Below are positions 7,845 to 17,373 of a DNA stretch of 35,538 nucleotides, one piece after another. The stretch's first letter is position 1. Each line of letters begins with the position of its first letter. The DNA lies in NCBI GenBank assembly GCA_028282585.1, contig JANQHR010000164.1, positions 1 to 35,538 on the forward strand. Reading direction: 5' to 3'. A model generated the notes under the pieces. It was not told the DNA's origin. It was given only the letters and a program-made list of their open reading frames with translations, and made no database searches. The DNA is from Bacteroidales bacterium. Lineage in GTDB: Bacteria > Bacteroidota > Bacteroidia > Bacteroidales > UBA12077. Both the position numbers and the translations under genes were made by a program.

Positions 7845-9050
7845 ATGAATAAGGATCAGTTGTATGGTAAGTTAAACGAGATTAATGAAGTTTTAACGAG
7901 AAAATTTCATAAAGAAGGTGATATTGGGATTTTAGAAGGTAGTGCAGGAATATCATTGTTCTTTTTTTATTATTCGAGATTCAATAGTTCTAATGAAAGT
8001 GAATCCTTTGGGGCTAAAATTATAGAAAATGCAATAAATAAAATTAATGAGGGTTATTATAATCCGTCATATTGCAGCGGTATAGTAGGTTTAGCATGGG
8101 CTATTGAATTATTGGTTGAAGAGAATTTTATAAACGCAGATACTGGTCATATATTCAATGATTTAGACGATACTTTTTATTCAATACTAATCTCTGAAAT
8201 CAAAAAAGGGAATTATGATTTTCTTTATGGAGCATTAGGATACGGTAATTACTTTATAAAGAAATATAAAAATACGAAATCAAAAAAGTTAAAAGATAGG
8301 TACAGAAATTATATTTTAGAATTGATATCTCAGTTGCAGAAAATATCTTATAAAGATAGAAATGGTTTAAAATGGTATTCATATACAGATAAAGTGCATG
8401 AAATTGAAGGTTGCAATTTAAGCTTATCTCACGGAATGCCGGGAATTATTATTTTTTTAGCCAAATTGCATAAATTCAGCGATTTTAGTAAAATCGTTGA
8501 ACCCCTTCTGAAAGACAGCATTAAATATATATTAAGTTGTGAGAATATTAATGTTAGTATTTCCTTATTTCCCAACCGGTTTCCTTTGAGAAATCAAAAT
8601 GCAGCTAATAGCAGACTTGCATGGTGTTATGGCGACTTAGGTGTTGGGATGTCAATGTGGTATGCTTCAAAAGTACTTAATGATAAAGCTTTAATGGAAA
8701 ATGCGGTTCGAATATTAAAGCATTCTGCAAAACGACAAACAACTGCAAAAACGATGGTTAAAGATGCTTCCATTTGCCACGGAGCATATGGGATTGCACA
8801 AATTTTTAATAGGGCCTACAAGGAGGCCAAGGAAATAGAGTTTAAAGAGGCTGCTAATTATTGGATTATTGAAGGTATAAATATGGCAATCCATAAAGGC
8901 GAATATGCAGGTTATAAACAATGGGTAGATAAAGAAAACTGGATAGGTAAGGTTGGGTTGCTTGAAGGTATTGCCGGCATTGGGTTAGTTTTAATTGAGG
9001 CAATGTCTGATATTGATTTAAAATGGGATGAATGCCTGTTGTTATCTTAA
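7845..9050 (+). CDS. lanC: Lanthionine synthetase / cyclase LanC (copy 1)
   Basis: YDFLYG, LSLSHG (catalytic His), LAWCYG and ICHG (Zn ligands Cys, Cys, His), GLLEGIAGIG, C-terminal WDECLLLS. Confidence 0.95.
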   Translation: MNKDQLYGKLNEINEVLTRKFHKEGDIGILEGSAGISLFFFYYSRFNSSNESESFGAKIIENAINKINEGYYNPSYCSGIVGLAWAIELLVEENFINADTGHIFNDLDDTFYSILISEIKKGNYDFLYGALGYGNYFIKKYKNTKSKKLKDRYRNYILELISQLQKISYKDRNGLKWYSYTDKVHEIEGCNLSLSHGMPGIIIFLAKLHKFSDFSKIVEPLLKDSIKYILSCENINVSISLFPNRFPLRNQNAANSRLAWCYGDLGVGMSMWYASKVLNDKALMENAVRILKHSAKRQTTAKTMVKDASICHGAYGIAQIFNRAYKEAKEIEFKEAANYWIIEGINMAIHKGEYAGYKQWVDKENWIGKVGLLEGIAGIGLVLIEAMSDIDLKWDECLLLS

Positions 9051-9160
9051 TTTGTAGGCGTTATATAGTTGTTTTAAATAAAAAGTGTGCATTTTTTGTC
9101 CAAAAATAACGGGCTAAATCATCCATAAAGTTGGTATTTATAAATTTTAATCAAAATACG

Positions 9161-9215
9161 TTTAACGAAAGAAACCAAAATAACTACGAAAATGGCAAAA
9201 AAACTTACGAAATCA
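9161..9215 (+). promoter_or_regulatory. Three ACGAAA direct repeats at exact 21-bp period (candidate LytTR-type operator)
   Basis: ACGAAA starts at 9165, 9186 and 9207 in the 362-bp lanC1-lanC2 spacer. Confidence 0.5.
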
Positions 9216-9369
9216 ACTTTGTTTGTCAAAAGAAACCAAGTGCATTTAATAGTTTAAATTGATTATAGATCCGATTTTTTATATTTAAAAAATGAAAAGT
9301 AGGTTGTCAATAATAGTTAGATGAAATGTCAAGGTTCGTAAAAAATTGTTTAAATGAGATATTAACAGG

Positions 9370-9395
9370 AGCTAGTAAATTGTATTAGCTTTTTT
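9370..9395 (+). terminator. Weak hairpin plus T-tract just upstream of lanC2
   Basis: AGCTAGTA-aattg-TATTAGCT (one G-U pair) followed by TTTTT, ending 17 nt before the ATG. Confidence 0.35.
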
Positions 9396-9412
9396 ATTTA
9401 AAATAATTCGAA

Positions 9413-10633
9413 ATGGCTTGGAGTGATGTAATGCCAAAAGGCAAAAAACAGGAAATCGAAAAAAAAATAATTCGGTTCGAAGAAATTTTAAGATCTAATA
9501 AAGAATCGTACGCACAATCACAAGGTTTAATGGGTGGCACCATAGGTATTGCACTTTATTTCCTTTATTATGCTAAGTTGATGGATAAACAGGAACCCTA
9601 TGATATTGGCCTTGAAACATTAGAATCCGTATTCGAATCTATTAATAATGGTTTTAATTACCATACACATGCTGGCGGATTGGCAGGTATAGGATCTGTG
9701 ATTGAACTTTTAAGGGAAGATGATTTGATTGAACTGGATTCTAACGATACTTTAGGTGCTTTGGATAAACATCTTTATAAAATGATGATGCATGAAATAA
9801 AAAATAAGAATTATGACTTTTTACATGGAGCCGTTGGAATTGGGTACTATTTTATAAGAAGAAAATCAAATAAAAGCTATAAAATCTATTTAACTGACCT
9901 TATTGAAGAATTAGATAAAAATTCAACAAAGGATGAAGAAGGTATTAGGTGGTTGTCAGTATTGGACAAAGAAAAAAAAACAAAAGGATTTAACCTGAGC
10001 TTATCTCACGGTTTAGCAAGTATTATAGTTTTTTTGAGTAAGGTATACAAAGAAGGTATTGCAAAAGAGAAAACATTAATATTGCTGCAAGGTGCAGTAA
10101 AATACCTTATTAATCAAAAATTGGATACTTCAAAGCACAAATCAAATTTTCCTTCTTGGGTTTGCGAAGGCGAACCTTCAATGTATAGTCGAATGGCCTG
10201 GTGTTACGGAGATTTAGGTATAGGAATTGCTTTATGGCTTGCTGCTGAAAATACAACTAATGAGGAATGGAAGAATAAAGCAGTCGAAATATTGTTACAT
10301 ACAACAAAGCGAAAAACAGCGAAAGAAACTGGGGTTGTAGATGCAGGTTTATGTCACGGAACAGCAGGAATTGCACATATTTATAATCGAATGTATAACT
10401 TTACAAATCGAAATGAATTTAAAGAATCAGCAGTATATTGGTTTAATAAAACCTTAGAATTAAACATCTATAATGATACTTTATCAGGTTATAAAGCTCA
10501 TCGAAGCGAAAAATATGGTGGTTCATATGAAGATTTCGGATTCTTGGAAGGAATTGCAGGAATTGGATTAGCTTTTATTTCAGCAATTTCTAATATTGAA
10601 CCTGTTTGGGATGAAACACTATTTCTAAGTTAA
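9413..10633 (+). CDS. lanC: Lanthionine synthetase / cyclase LanC (copy 2)
   Basis: YDFLHG, LSLSHG, MAWCYG, LCHG, GFLEGIAGIG, WDETLFLS. All catalytic and Zn-binding residues appear present. Confidence 0.95.
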   Translation: MAWSDVMPKGKKQEIEKKIIRFEEILRSNKESYAQSQGLMGGTIGIALYFLYYAKLMDKQEPYDIGLETLESVFESINNGFNYHTHAGGLAGIGSVIELLREDDLIELDSNDTLGALDKHLYKMMMHEIKNKNYDFLHGAVGIGYYFIRRKSNKSYKIYLTDLIEELDKNSTKDEEGIRWLSVLDKEKKTKGFNLSLSHGLASIIVFLSKVYKEGIAKEKTLILLQGAVKYLINQKLDTSKHKSNFPSWVCEGEPSMYSRMAWCYGDLGIGIALWLAAENTTNEEWKNKAVEILLHTTKRKTAKETGVVDAGLCHGTAGIAHIYNRMYNFTNRNEFKESAVYWFNKTLELNIYNDTLSGYKAHRSEKYGGSYEDFGFLEGIAGIGLAFISAISNIEPVWDETLFLS

Positions 10634-10638
10634 AATAT

Positions 10639-12873
10639 ATGAAGGAAAACACGCGTTATAAACCCTTTGATAAATTTGTTCTTAGAACTCCTTTAAAGCC
10701 ATTTAGTTATTTACAGGAACTATTTTCAGATTCGGATAGTAACATTGAAAGTATTAAAAAGGAATTACAGAACCCAATTATTAAAGAGTCTATTTTTCTT
10801 GCATCTCCTGATTTTTTTGAACAGCTAAATGCCTGGTTAAATGGTAAAGAATTGGTCAAAAAGGATTTGGACCGTTTATTATATTCAGTAACAAAATACT
10901 TAAGCAGGTTATCATCTCGAAGCACACCATTTGGATTATTTGCGGGTGTTTCAATCGGTCGATTCTCCGGTAATAATCAAATTAATATTCCTGATTTATC
11001 CGAATACAAGCGAAAGCTACGTCTGGATATGAATTATACCGTTGCTCTTGCAATTCATTTATCTAATATTACTGAAATTAAAAAACAAATCAGGTTTTAT
11101 CCGAATACAAGTAAATATATTTCCGGAAATCAAATACGCTATGTTGAGTACAGTTATAGAAATGCAAAAAGAGTGCATCATATAGCTGCAGTAGATAATA
11201 CAGAATACCTTCAAAAAGTATTAAATAAAGCAGAATCAGGAAAGCATATAGAAGATTTGGTCAAAATTTTAGTTGATGATGAGGTTACATATGAAGAAGC
11301 TGAATATTTTATCAATGAATTAATCGACAATCAAATTTTGATTTCAGAACTTGAGCCATCTGTATCAGGCGATGATTTATTAGTTCAGACTATTAATATT
11401 TTAGAAAATCTTGAAAAAATAGATGAAATAGTAACAAAGCTTAAACATATTAAATCTGATATTGATAATATTAATTCACTTCCCCTAGGCATTGATATAT
11501 CAAAATATTTTGAACTAATTGAGAAGATAAAAGCATTGGGAGTTGATTTTCAATTGAAATTTTTATTTCAGGTTGATATGGCAAAACCTGTTAAAGAAAT
11601 TCAAATAAGTAACAACATTCCTAATAATATCTTAAAGGCTTTAAATATTCTTAACAGGATATCACCGAAACCAAGTGAAACTAACTTGACAAAGTTCAAA
11701 GATTCTTTTTATGAAAGATATGAAGATGCTGAAGTACCATTATTACATGCCTTAGATACAGAGACCGGAATCGGATATCTTGATAATAAATCAGGTGCAG
11801 GAATACCTTCACCACTTGTTGATGAGTTAAACTTACCGTCCCGAGTTGGGGATTCTTATAAAATGAATTGGGATTCTTACAACTCATTTATTCTTAAAAA
11901 ATACCTTCAAGCTATTAAGAATGGTGATTCTGAAATCGAAATTATTGATTCGGAAATTGAAAAAATTACTCAAGAACCAGATTGGACAGATTTGCCAAAA
12001 ACAATGTCGGCAATGGTCCAGTTATTTAAACGTGATGATGAAGACCTGGTTTATATAAAAAATTGCGGTGGGTCAAGTGCAGCAAATTTATTAGGAAGAT
12101 TTGCGTATACAGATGAAACTATAAATGATTTTGTTCAGGAAATAGCTGATTATGAACAAAGTATTGAATCAGAAAAAATACTTGCAGAAATAGTTCATTT
12201 ACCTGAATCAAGAACAGGTAATGTGCTATTGCGTCCGATTATTCGAAAATATGAAATACCTTATTTGGCAAAATCTAATATTGACGAGAGGCTTCAAATA
12301 AATCCGGACGATTTAGTGATTTCGATAAAAAGAAATAGGTTAGTTCTTCGTTCTAAAAAACTTAATAAAGAAATTATACCCCATTTAAGTAATGCTCATA
12401 ATTTTTCTTATAATGCATTACCGGTGTATCAGTTTTTATGCGATTTACAAACTTATAATTTACGTGGAGGAATTGGATTTACTTGGGGTTCATTGCAAAA
12501 TGAATTTGAGTATTTACCCCGAGTAAGATATGGAAATGTAATTTTTTCTTTAGCTGAGTGGAGAATTAAACAAGAGGATTTTGAAAAAATTGTAAAACTT
12601 GAGAATGACGAAAGTTTACGAGCTAAATTTAGAACGTGGCGAAATAATTTAAGCATCCCTTCTTGGGTTTCATTAGTTGATGGAGATAATAAACTAACAC
12701 TAAATCTGGATAATGTTTTATGCATTAAAACTTTAATATCATTGGTTAAAAAGAGATCAGGTTTTACACTTACGGAATATTACTTAAATAAAGAAAATGC
12801 ATTTATCAAAGATAACAACGATATATACGCAAACGAATTTATTTTTGCTTTCAAAATAAGTCAACAACAATAG
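10639..12873 (+). CDS. lanB: Lantibiotic dehydratase, glutamylation domain (N-terminal half of split LanB)
   Basis: FVLRTP, IFLASP, RSTPFGLFAG, LLGRF, RTGNV, YLPRVRYG..IFSLAEW, GDNKLTL. 744 aa and lacks the elimination domain. Confidence 0.95.
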   Translation: MKENTRYKPFDKFVLRTPLKPFSYLQELFSDSDSNIESIKKELQNPIIKESIFLASPDFFEQLNAWLNGKELVKKDLDRLLYSVTKYLSRLSSRSTPFGLFAGVSIGRFSGNNQINIPDLSEYKRKLRLDMNYTVALAIHLSNITEIKKQIRFYPNTSKYISGNQIRYVEYSYRNAKRVHHIAAVDNTEYLQKVLNKAESGKHIEDLVKILVDDEVTYEEAEYFINELIDNQILISELEPSVSGDDLLVQTINILENLEKIDEIVTKLKHIKSDIDNINSLPLGIDISKYFELIEKIKALGVDFQLKFLFQVDMAKPVKEIQISNNIPNNILKALNILNRISPKPSETNLTKFKDSFYERYEDAEVPLLHALDTETGIGYLDNKSGAGIPSPLVDELNLPSRVGDSYKMNWDSYNSFILKKYLQAIKNGDSEIEIIDSEIEKITQEPDWTDLPKTMSAMVQLFKRDDEDLVYIKNCGGSSAANLLGRFAYTDETINDFVQEIADYEQSIESEKILAEIVHLPESRTGNVLLRPIIRKYEIPYLAKSNIDERLQINPDDLVISIKRNRLVLRSKKLNKEIIPHLSNAHNFSYNALPVYQFLCDLQTYNLRGGIGFTWGSLQNEFEYLPRVRYGNVIFSLAEWRIKQEDFEKIVKLENDESLRAKFRTWRNNLSIPSWVSLVDGDNKLTLNLDNVLCIKTLISLVKKRSGFTLTEYYLNKENAFIKDNNDIYANEFIFAFKISQQQ

Positions 12874-12878
12874 AAGAT

Positions 12879-13772
12879 ATGCAAAGGAAATTTATAATAG
12901 GAGATGAATGGTTATATTATAAGATTTATTGTGGTCCAAAAACAGCAGATGAGATTTTAATAACTATTATAAATCCGGTACAAAAAGAACTAAAAAAAAA
13001 TCAAATTATTGATAAATGGTTTTTTATTAGATATAATGACCCTAATCCACATATTAGGGTGAGATTTCATTATAATAAACCAGAAAATGTATCCATAATT
13101 ATTAACGCTATAAATCAACAATTAAAGCCATTAATAGAAAAAGATATTGTTAACAAAATACTAATTGATACATATAACAGGGAACTTGAGAGGTATGGCG
13201 CAAATACTATAGAATTAACCGAAAGCTTATTTGCGTTTGATAGTGAAATGATTGTAGAATTTTTAGATATGATTGAGGGTGATGAAGGAGAAGTAATTCG
13301 CTGGTTATTTGGTATGAGAGCTGTTGATTCTTTATTAACAAGTTTTTCTTATAATGAGGAAGGAAAATTATTAATAACGGAAGGCCTTAAAGAAGGATTT
13401 GGAAGAGAATTCGGTATGAATAAAATGCTAAAACTTCAGTTAGATAGTAAGTTCAGAAGTGAAAGGAAATTGATAAATGATTTTTTTGCAAATAAGTATG
13501 GAGATGAAGATATTTCAGAATTAATAGATGTTATAAATCTTAAATCAAAAAAAATTAAACCTATTGTAAATAGTATATTAGAATTGAAAAAAGAAAGTAA
13601 ACTCGAACGTTCTTTAAATGATTTTATGGGGAGTTATATTCATATGTTATTGAATAGGCTTTTTAAAACAAAACAACGTCTTCATGAAATGGTAATTTAT
13701 GATTTTCTTTTTAGATATTATAAATCAGAAATTGCAAAGAAAAAATATAAGCCTAAAGCTAAAACTGCCTGA
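12879..13772 (+). CDS. lanB: Lantibiotic dehydratase, glutamate-elimination domain (C-terminal half of split LanB)
   Basis: EWLYYKIY, WFFIRYNDP.PHIRVRF, YNRELERYG, F..DS, SYIHMLLNRL. Has its own ATG 5 bp after the preceding stop, in a different frame. Confidence 0.93.
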   Translation: MQRKFIIGDEWLYYKIYCGPKTADEILITIINPVQKELKKNQIIDKWFFIRYNDPNPHIRVRFHYNKPENVSIIINAINQQLKPLIEKDIVNKILIDTYNRELERYGANTIELTESLFAFDSEMIVEFLDMIEGDEGEVIRWLFGMRAVDSLLTSFSYNEEGKLLITEGLKEGFGREFGMNKMLKLQLDSKFRSERKLINDFFANKYGDEDISELIDVINLKSKKIKPIVNSILELKKESKLERSLNDFMGSYIHMLLNRLFKTKQRLHEMVIYDFLFRYYKSEIAKKKYKPKAKTA

Positions 13773-13840
13773 TAATCAAATTATATTTTCACTTTTCACT
13801 TTAAATACCTATTTTAGAAATCTAATTAAATTAATAATAA

Positions 13841-16042
13841 ATGTCTTTCCCTTTCTATAAACAACTTGATGCAATGGACTGTGGCCCTACCAGTCTTAGA
13901 ATGATTGCCAAGTATTACGGTAAAACTTACTCTCTACAAACTTTACGTGATAAAAGTTATATAACACGCGAAGGAGTTTCAATGTTAGGAATAAGTGATG
14001 CGGCTGAGGCTATTGGTTTTCGGTCAATGGGAGTACGAATTTCTTTTGAACAGCTCATTGCAGAAGCTCCATTACCTTGTATTGCTCACTGGAATCAGAA
14101 TCATTTTGTTGTTGTTTATGATATTAAGAAAAAAAGAAATGGTGATTACATAGTTTATGTTTCTGATCCTGCTCGTGGACTAATAAAGTTTACAAAAGAG
14201 GAGTTTATGAAAGGTTGGGCAAATACAAAAGAAGGAGGAGAAGAAAAGGGTTTGTGTTTACTTTTGGAAACTACGCCTGATTTTTATGCAGCAGAGGATG
14301 AAAAAATAAATAAGTCAGGATTTAGATTTTTGTTTTCTTATTTACGACCGTTTAAAAAGATTATAACCCAGCTTTTTCTTGGTTTACTTGTTGGAAGTTT
14401 ATTACAATTAATTTTCCCGTTTTTGACTCAAAGTATAGTCGACAAAGGTATTAATACACAAGACTTAAACTTTGTAACTTTAATCATAGTTGCTCAACTG
14501 GTACTAATATTTTCCAGAACAATAGTTGAATTTATTCGAAGTTGGATTTTACTGCATGTTGGAACACGAATTAATATATCCTTGATCTCAGATTTTTTAA
14601 TCAAGTTGATGAAGCTTCCGGTAGCCTTTTTTGATACCAAAATGATTGGTGATTTAATTCAACGCATAGGAGACCATAAGCGTATTGAAGATTTTTTAAC
14701 ATCATCAACATTAAATATACTTTTCTCTTTTATTACACTTGTAATTTTTGGTATTGTTCTCTTGGTATATAATGTTAATGTATTTATCATCTTCTTATTT
14801 GGTAGTGCACTTTATACTTTATGGGTGTATTTATTCATGAAAAAGCGTCGTGAATTAGATAATAGAAGGTTTGCTCAATTATCTGATAATCAAAGCAATG
14901 TTATTCAATTAATAACCGGAATGCAGGAAATAAAGCTGAATAATTGTGAGAAACAAAAACGTTGGGAATGGGAGAGTATACAGGCAAAGCTTTTTAAAGT
15001 TAATATGGCTAGTTTATCATTAAATCAATACCAACAAGCTGGCGGTGTTTTTATTAACGAAGTTAAAAATGTGATTATAACTTTTATTGTCGCAAAAGCG
15101 GTTATAGATGGTAGCATGACTTTGGGTATGATGTTAGCTGTGCAATATATTATTGGACAGTTAAACAGTCCAATTAATCAGATGATCAGCTTCTTACAAT
15201 CAACGCAAGATGCAAAAATAAGTTTGGAGAGATTAGGTGAAATACATGGTAAAGAAAACGAGGAATCTGAAGAATATCCTAAAGTAGATATTTTACCTGA
15301 GCAAAGAGATTTAAATATTGATAAAGTGTATTTTCAATATGAGGGACCACATTCTCCTTTTGTATTAGATGATGTTGAGCTTAATATCCCGGGAAAAAAA
15401 ATAACAGCAATTGTAGGAACAAGTGGAAGCGGAAAAACTACATTAATTAAATTACTTCTTGGATTTTATAATCCTACAAAAGGGAAAATTACACTTGGTG
15501 ATTTATATCTCGATAATTTAAGTAATAGAATTTGGAGAGATAAATGTGGAGTTGTTATGCAAGATGGTTTTATTTTCTCTGATTCAATAGCAAACAACAT
15601 TACGGTTTCAGATGAATATCCGGATAGGGAAAGTCTATTGAGAGCAGTAAAAGTTGCTAATATACAAGATTATATTGAGTCATTACCACTAGGTTACAAT
15701 ACAAAAATTGGACAGAATGGTGTTGGGTTAAGTCAGGGTCAAAAGCAACGGATATTAATTGCAAGAGCCGTTTATAAAAATCCGGAGTTTATATTTTTCG
15801 ATGAGGCAACTAATGCTTTGGATGCAAATAATGAAAAAATAATAATGAAGAATCTTGATGATTTTTTCAAAGGTAAAACAGTTGTTGTGGTTGCACACAG
15901 ATTAAGTACTGTAAAAAATGCTGACCAAATAGTTGTATTAGAGAAAGGAAAAATTGTTGAGGTTGGAAATCACTCAGAGCTTTCAAAGAAAAAGGGTGCA
16001 TACTACGAACTTGTTAAAAATCAACTTGAGTTAGGTAATTAG
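13841..16042 (+). CDS. lanT: Peptidase-containing ABC transporter (C39 peptidase + TMD + NBD), LanT/PCAT
   Basis: QLDAMDCG (catalytic Cys), HWNQNHFVV (His), DPA (Asp). Walker A GTSGSGKT, signature LSQGQKQR, Walker B FFDEAT, AHRL. Confidence 0.96.
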   Translation: MSFPFYKQLDAMDCGPTSLRMIAKYYGKTYSLQTLRDKSYITREGVSMLGISDAAEAIGFRSMGVRISFEQLIAEAPLPCIAHWNQNHFVVVYDIKKKRNGDYIVYVSDPARGLIKFTKEEFMKGWANTKEGGEEKGLCLLLETTPDFYAAEDEKINKSGFRFLFSYLRPFKKIITQLFLGLLVGSLLQLIFPFLTQSIVDKGINTQDLNFVTLIIVAQLVLIFSRTIVEFIRSWILLHVGTRINISLISDFLIKLMKLPVAFFDTKMIGDLIQRIGDHKRIEDFLTSSTLNILFSFITLVIFGIVLLVYNVNVFIIFLFGSALYTLWVYLFMKKRRELDNRRFAQLSDNQSNVIQLITGMQEIKLNNCEKQKRWEWESIQAKLFKVNMASLSLNQYQQAGGVFINEVKNVIITFIVAKAVIDGSMTLGMMLAVQYIIGQLNSPINQMISFLQSTQDAKISLERLGEIHGKENEESEEYPKVDILPEQRDLNIDKVYFQYEGPHSPFVLDDVELNIPGKKITAIVGTSGSGKTTLIKLLLGFYNPTKGKITLGDLYLDNLSNRIWRDKCGVVMQDGFIFSDSIANNITVSDEYPDRESLLRAVKVANIQDYIESLPLGYNTKIGQNGVGLSQGQKQRILIARAVYKNPEFIFFDEATNALDANNEKIIMKNLDDFFKGKTVVVVAHRLSTVKNADQIVVLEKGKIVEVGNHSELSKKKGAYYELVKNQLELGN

Positions 16043-16044
16043 TT

Positions 16045-17370
16045 ATGGAAATTACAAGAGATGAAATAGAAAAAATTGAACTTCGAACAAATGAGGTTCA
16101 AGAAATATTAAATCGACCGCCAAAATGGATAGTAAGATGGGGTATTACCATTGTATTTGTAGTAGTTGCAATTATTATAATTAGTAGTTGGTTTTTTAAG
16201 TATCCGGATATTATTTCAGCAAGAGTAATTTTAACAACAGAAAATCCCCCCGCGCCTGTAATTGCAAAAGTTTCCGGTAGAATTCAAAGTTTACTGGTTG
16301 TTGATAATGAAATGGTTATACAAGGTCAGGTTGTCGGGATTATGGAAAATCCCGGGGCCTATGAATCCGTTAATTCACTATCTGATCAAATTGAAAAATT
16401 TGAATTAAATTTTGCTGAAGGAAAAACTTATACCTTAGGTAAAACCATTTTAAACTTAGGTGAAATTCAGTCTTACTATGCAAGTTTTTTCAAATATATT
16501 GATGAATACAACAATTTCATTCAACTAGATTATCATAATAGAAAAATTAGCCAGTATAAAAATGAATTGGTAAAATATGATTTATACCTGACCAATTTAA
16601 AAAGTCAGAGTAATATTCTAAAGCAAGAGTACCTATTGACAAAAAAGCAGTTTTTACGTGATTCAACCTTGTATTTACAGGAATTGATGTCTGAAGCAGA
16701 TTTTGATATTTCTGAATCAAATTTGTTAACTAAGTCATACAACTATGAACAAAATAACATTTCTATAACTAATGTTGAAATACAGGTAGAATCATTAAAA
16801 CAAAGTATATTAGAATTGGAACTTCAACGGAAAAGTCAGGCAAATACTTTAGTAAACCAAATACGGGAGTCTTATAAAAATCTTGACCTGGCTATTCAGA
16901 ACTGGAATTATAAATATGTTTTAAAAACTTCTACAAATGGAATTGTTACATTTAATAAATTCTGGAATGAAAATCAAAATGTAAAAGTTAATGAAACTGT
17001 TTTAACAATTATCCCGCAAGATGAAGGGGATATTATAGGGAAGGTTCAGTTAAATTTCCAGGGAGCCGGGAAAGTTAAGGTTGGACAAAAAGTTAATATT
17101 CAATTTGCTAATTACCCATACATGGAATTTGGCATGGTTAAGGGTATTGTGAATTCGATTTCCTTAGCTCCTAACGATGAATTTTATACAGCTGAGATTG
17201 GATTACCTGATGGGTTAATAACTTTTTATGGTGAAACATTAGAGTTTAAACAAGAGATGCAGGGTTCAGCAGAGATCATTACCGAAGATAAACGATTATT
17301 GGAGCGAATAATAAGACCTCTTAGATACGTACTTAATAGAAATACAAATATTGAAAGAATTAAAAACTAG
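16045..17370 (+). CDS. HlyD-family membrane fusion (periplasmic adaptor) protein
   Basis: N-terminal TM after EVQEILNRPPKWIVRWG, a long coiled coil, and GKVKVGQKV…YPYMEFGMVKG. Follows the ABC exporter by 2 bp. Confidence 0.93.
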   Translation: MEITRDEIEKIELRTNEVQEILNRPPKWIVRWGITIVFVVVAIIIISSWFFKYPDIISARVILTTENPPAPVIAKVSGRIQSLLVVDNEMVIQGQVVGIMENPGAYESVNSLSDQIEKFELNFAEGKTYTLGKTILNLGEIQSYYASFFKYIDEYNNFIQLDYHNRKISQYKNELVKYDLYLTNLKSQSNILKQEYLLTKKQFLRDSTLYLQELMSEADFDISESNLLTKSYNYEQNNISITNVEIQVESLKQSILELELQRKSQANTLVNQIRESYKNLDLAIQNWNYKYVLKTSTNGIVTFNKFWNENQNVKVNETVLTIIPQDEGDIIGKVQLNFQGAGKVKVGQKVNIQFANYPYMEFGMVKGIVNSISLAPNDEFYTAEIGLPDGLITFYGETLEFKQEMQGSAEIITEDKRLLERIIRPLRYVLNRNTNIERIKN

Positions 17371-17373
17371 GAA

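Noticed and set aside
9161-9240. Repeats as a mini CRISPR array or iterons
   Set aside because: The conserved unit is only 6 bp with a 21-bp period, and there are no cas or rep genes.
9192-9257. Small ORF MAKKLTKSTLFVKRNQVHLIV as a second precursor
   Set aside because: The start is leader-like, but it has no GG site, no Cys and only 21 aa, and it overlaps the ACGAAA repeats.
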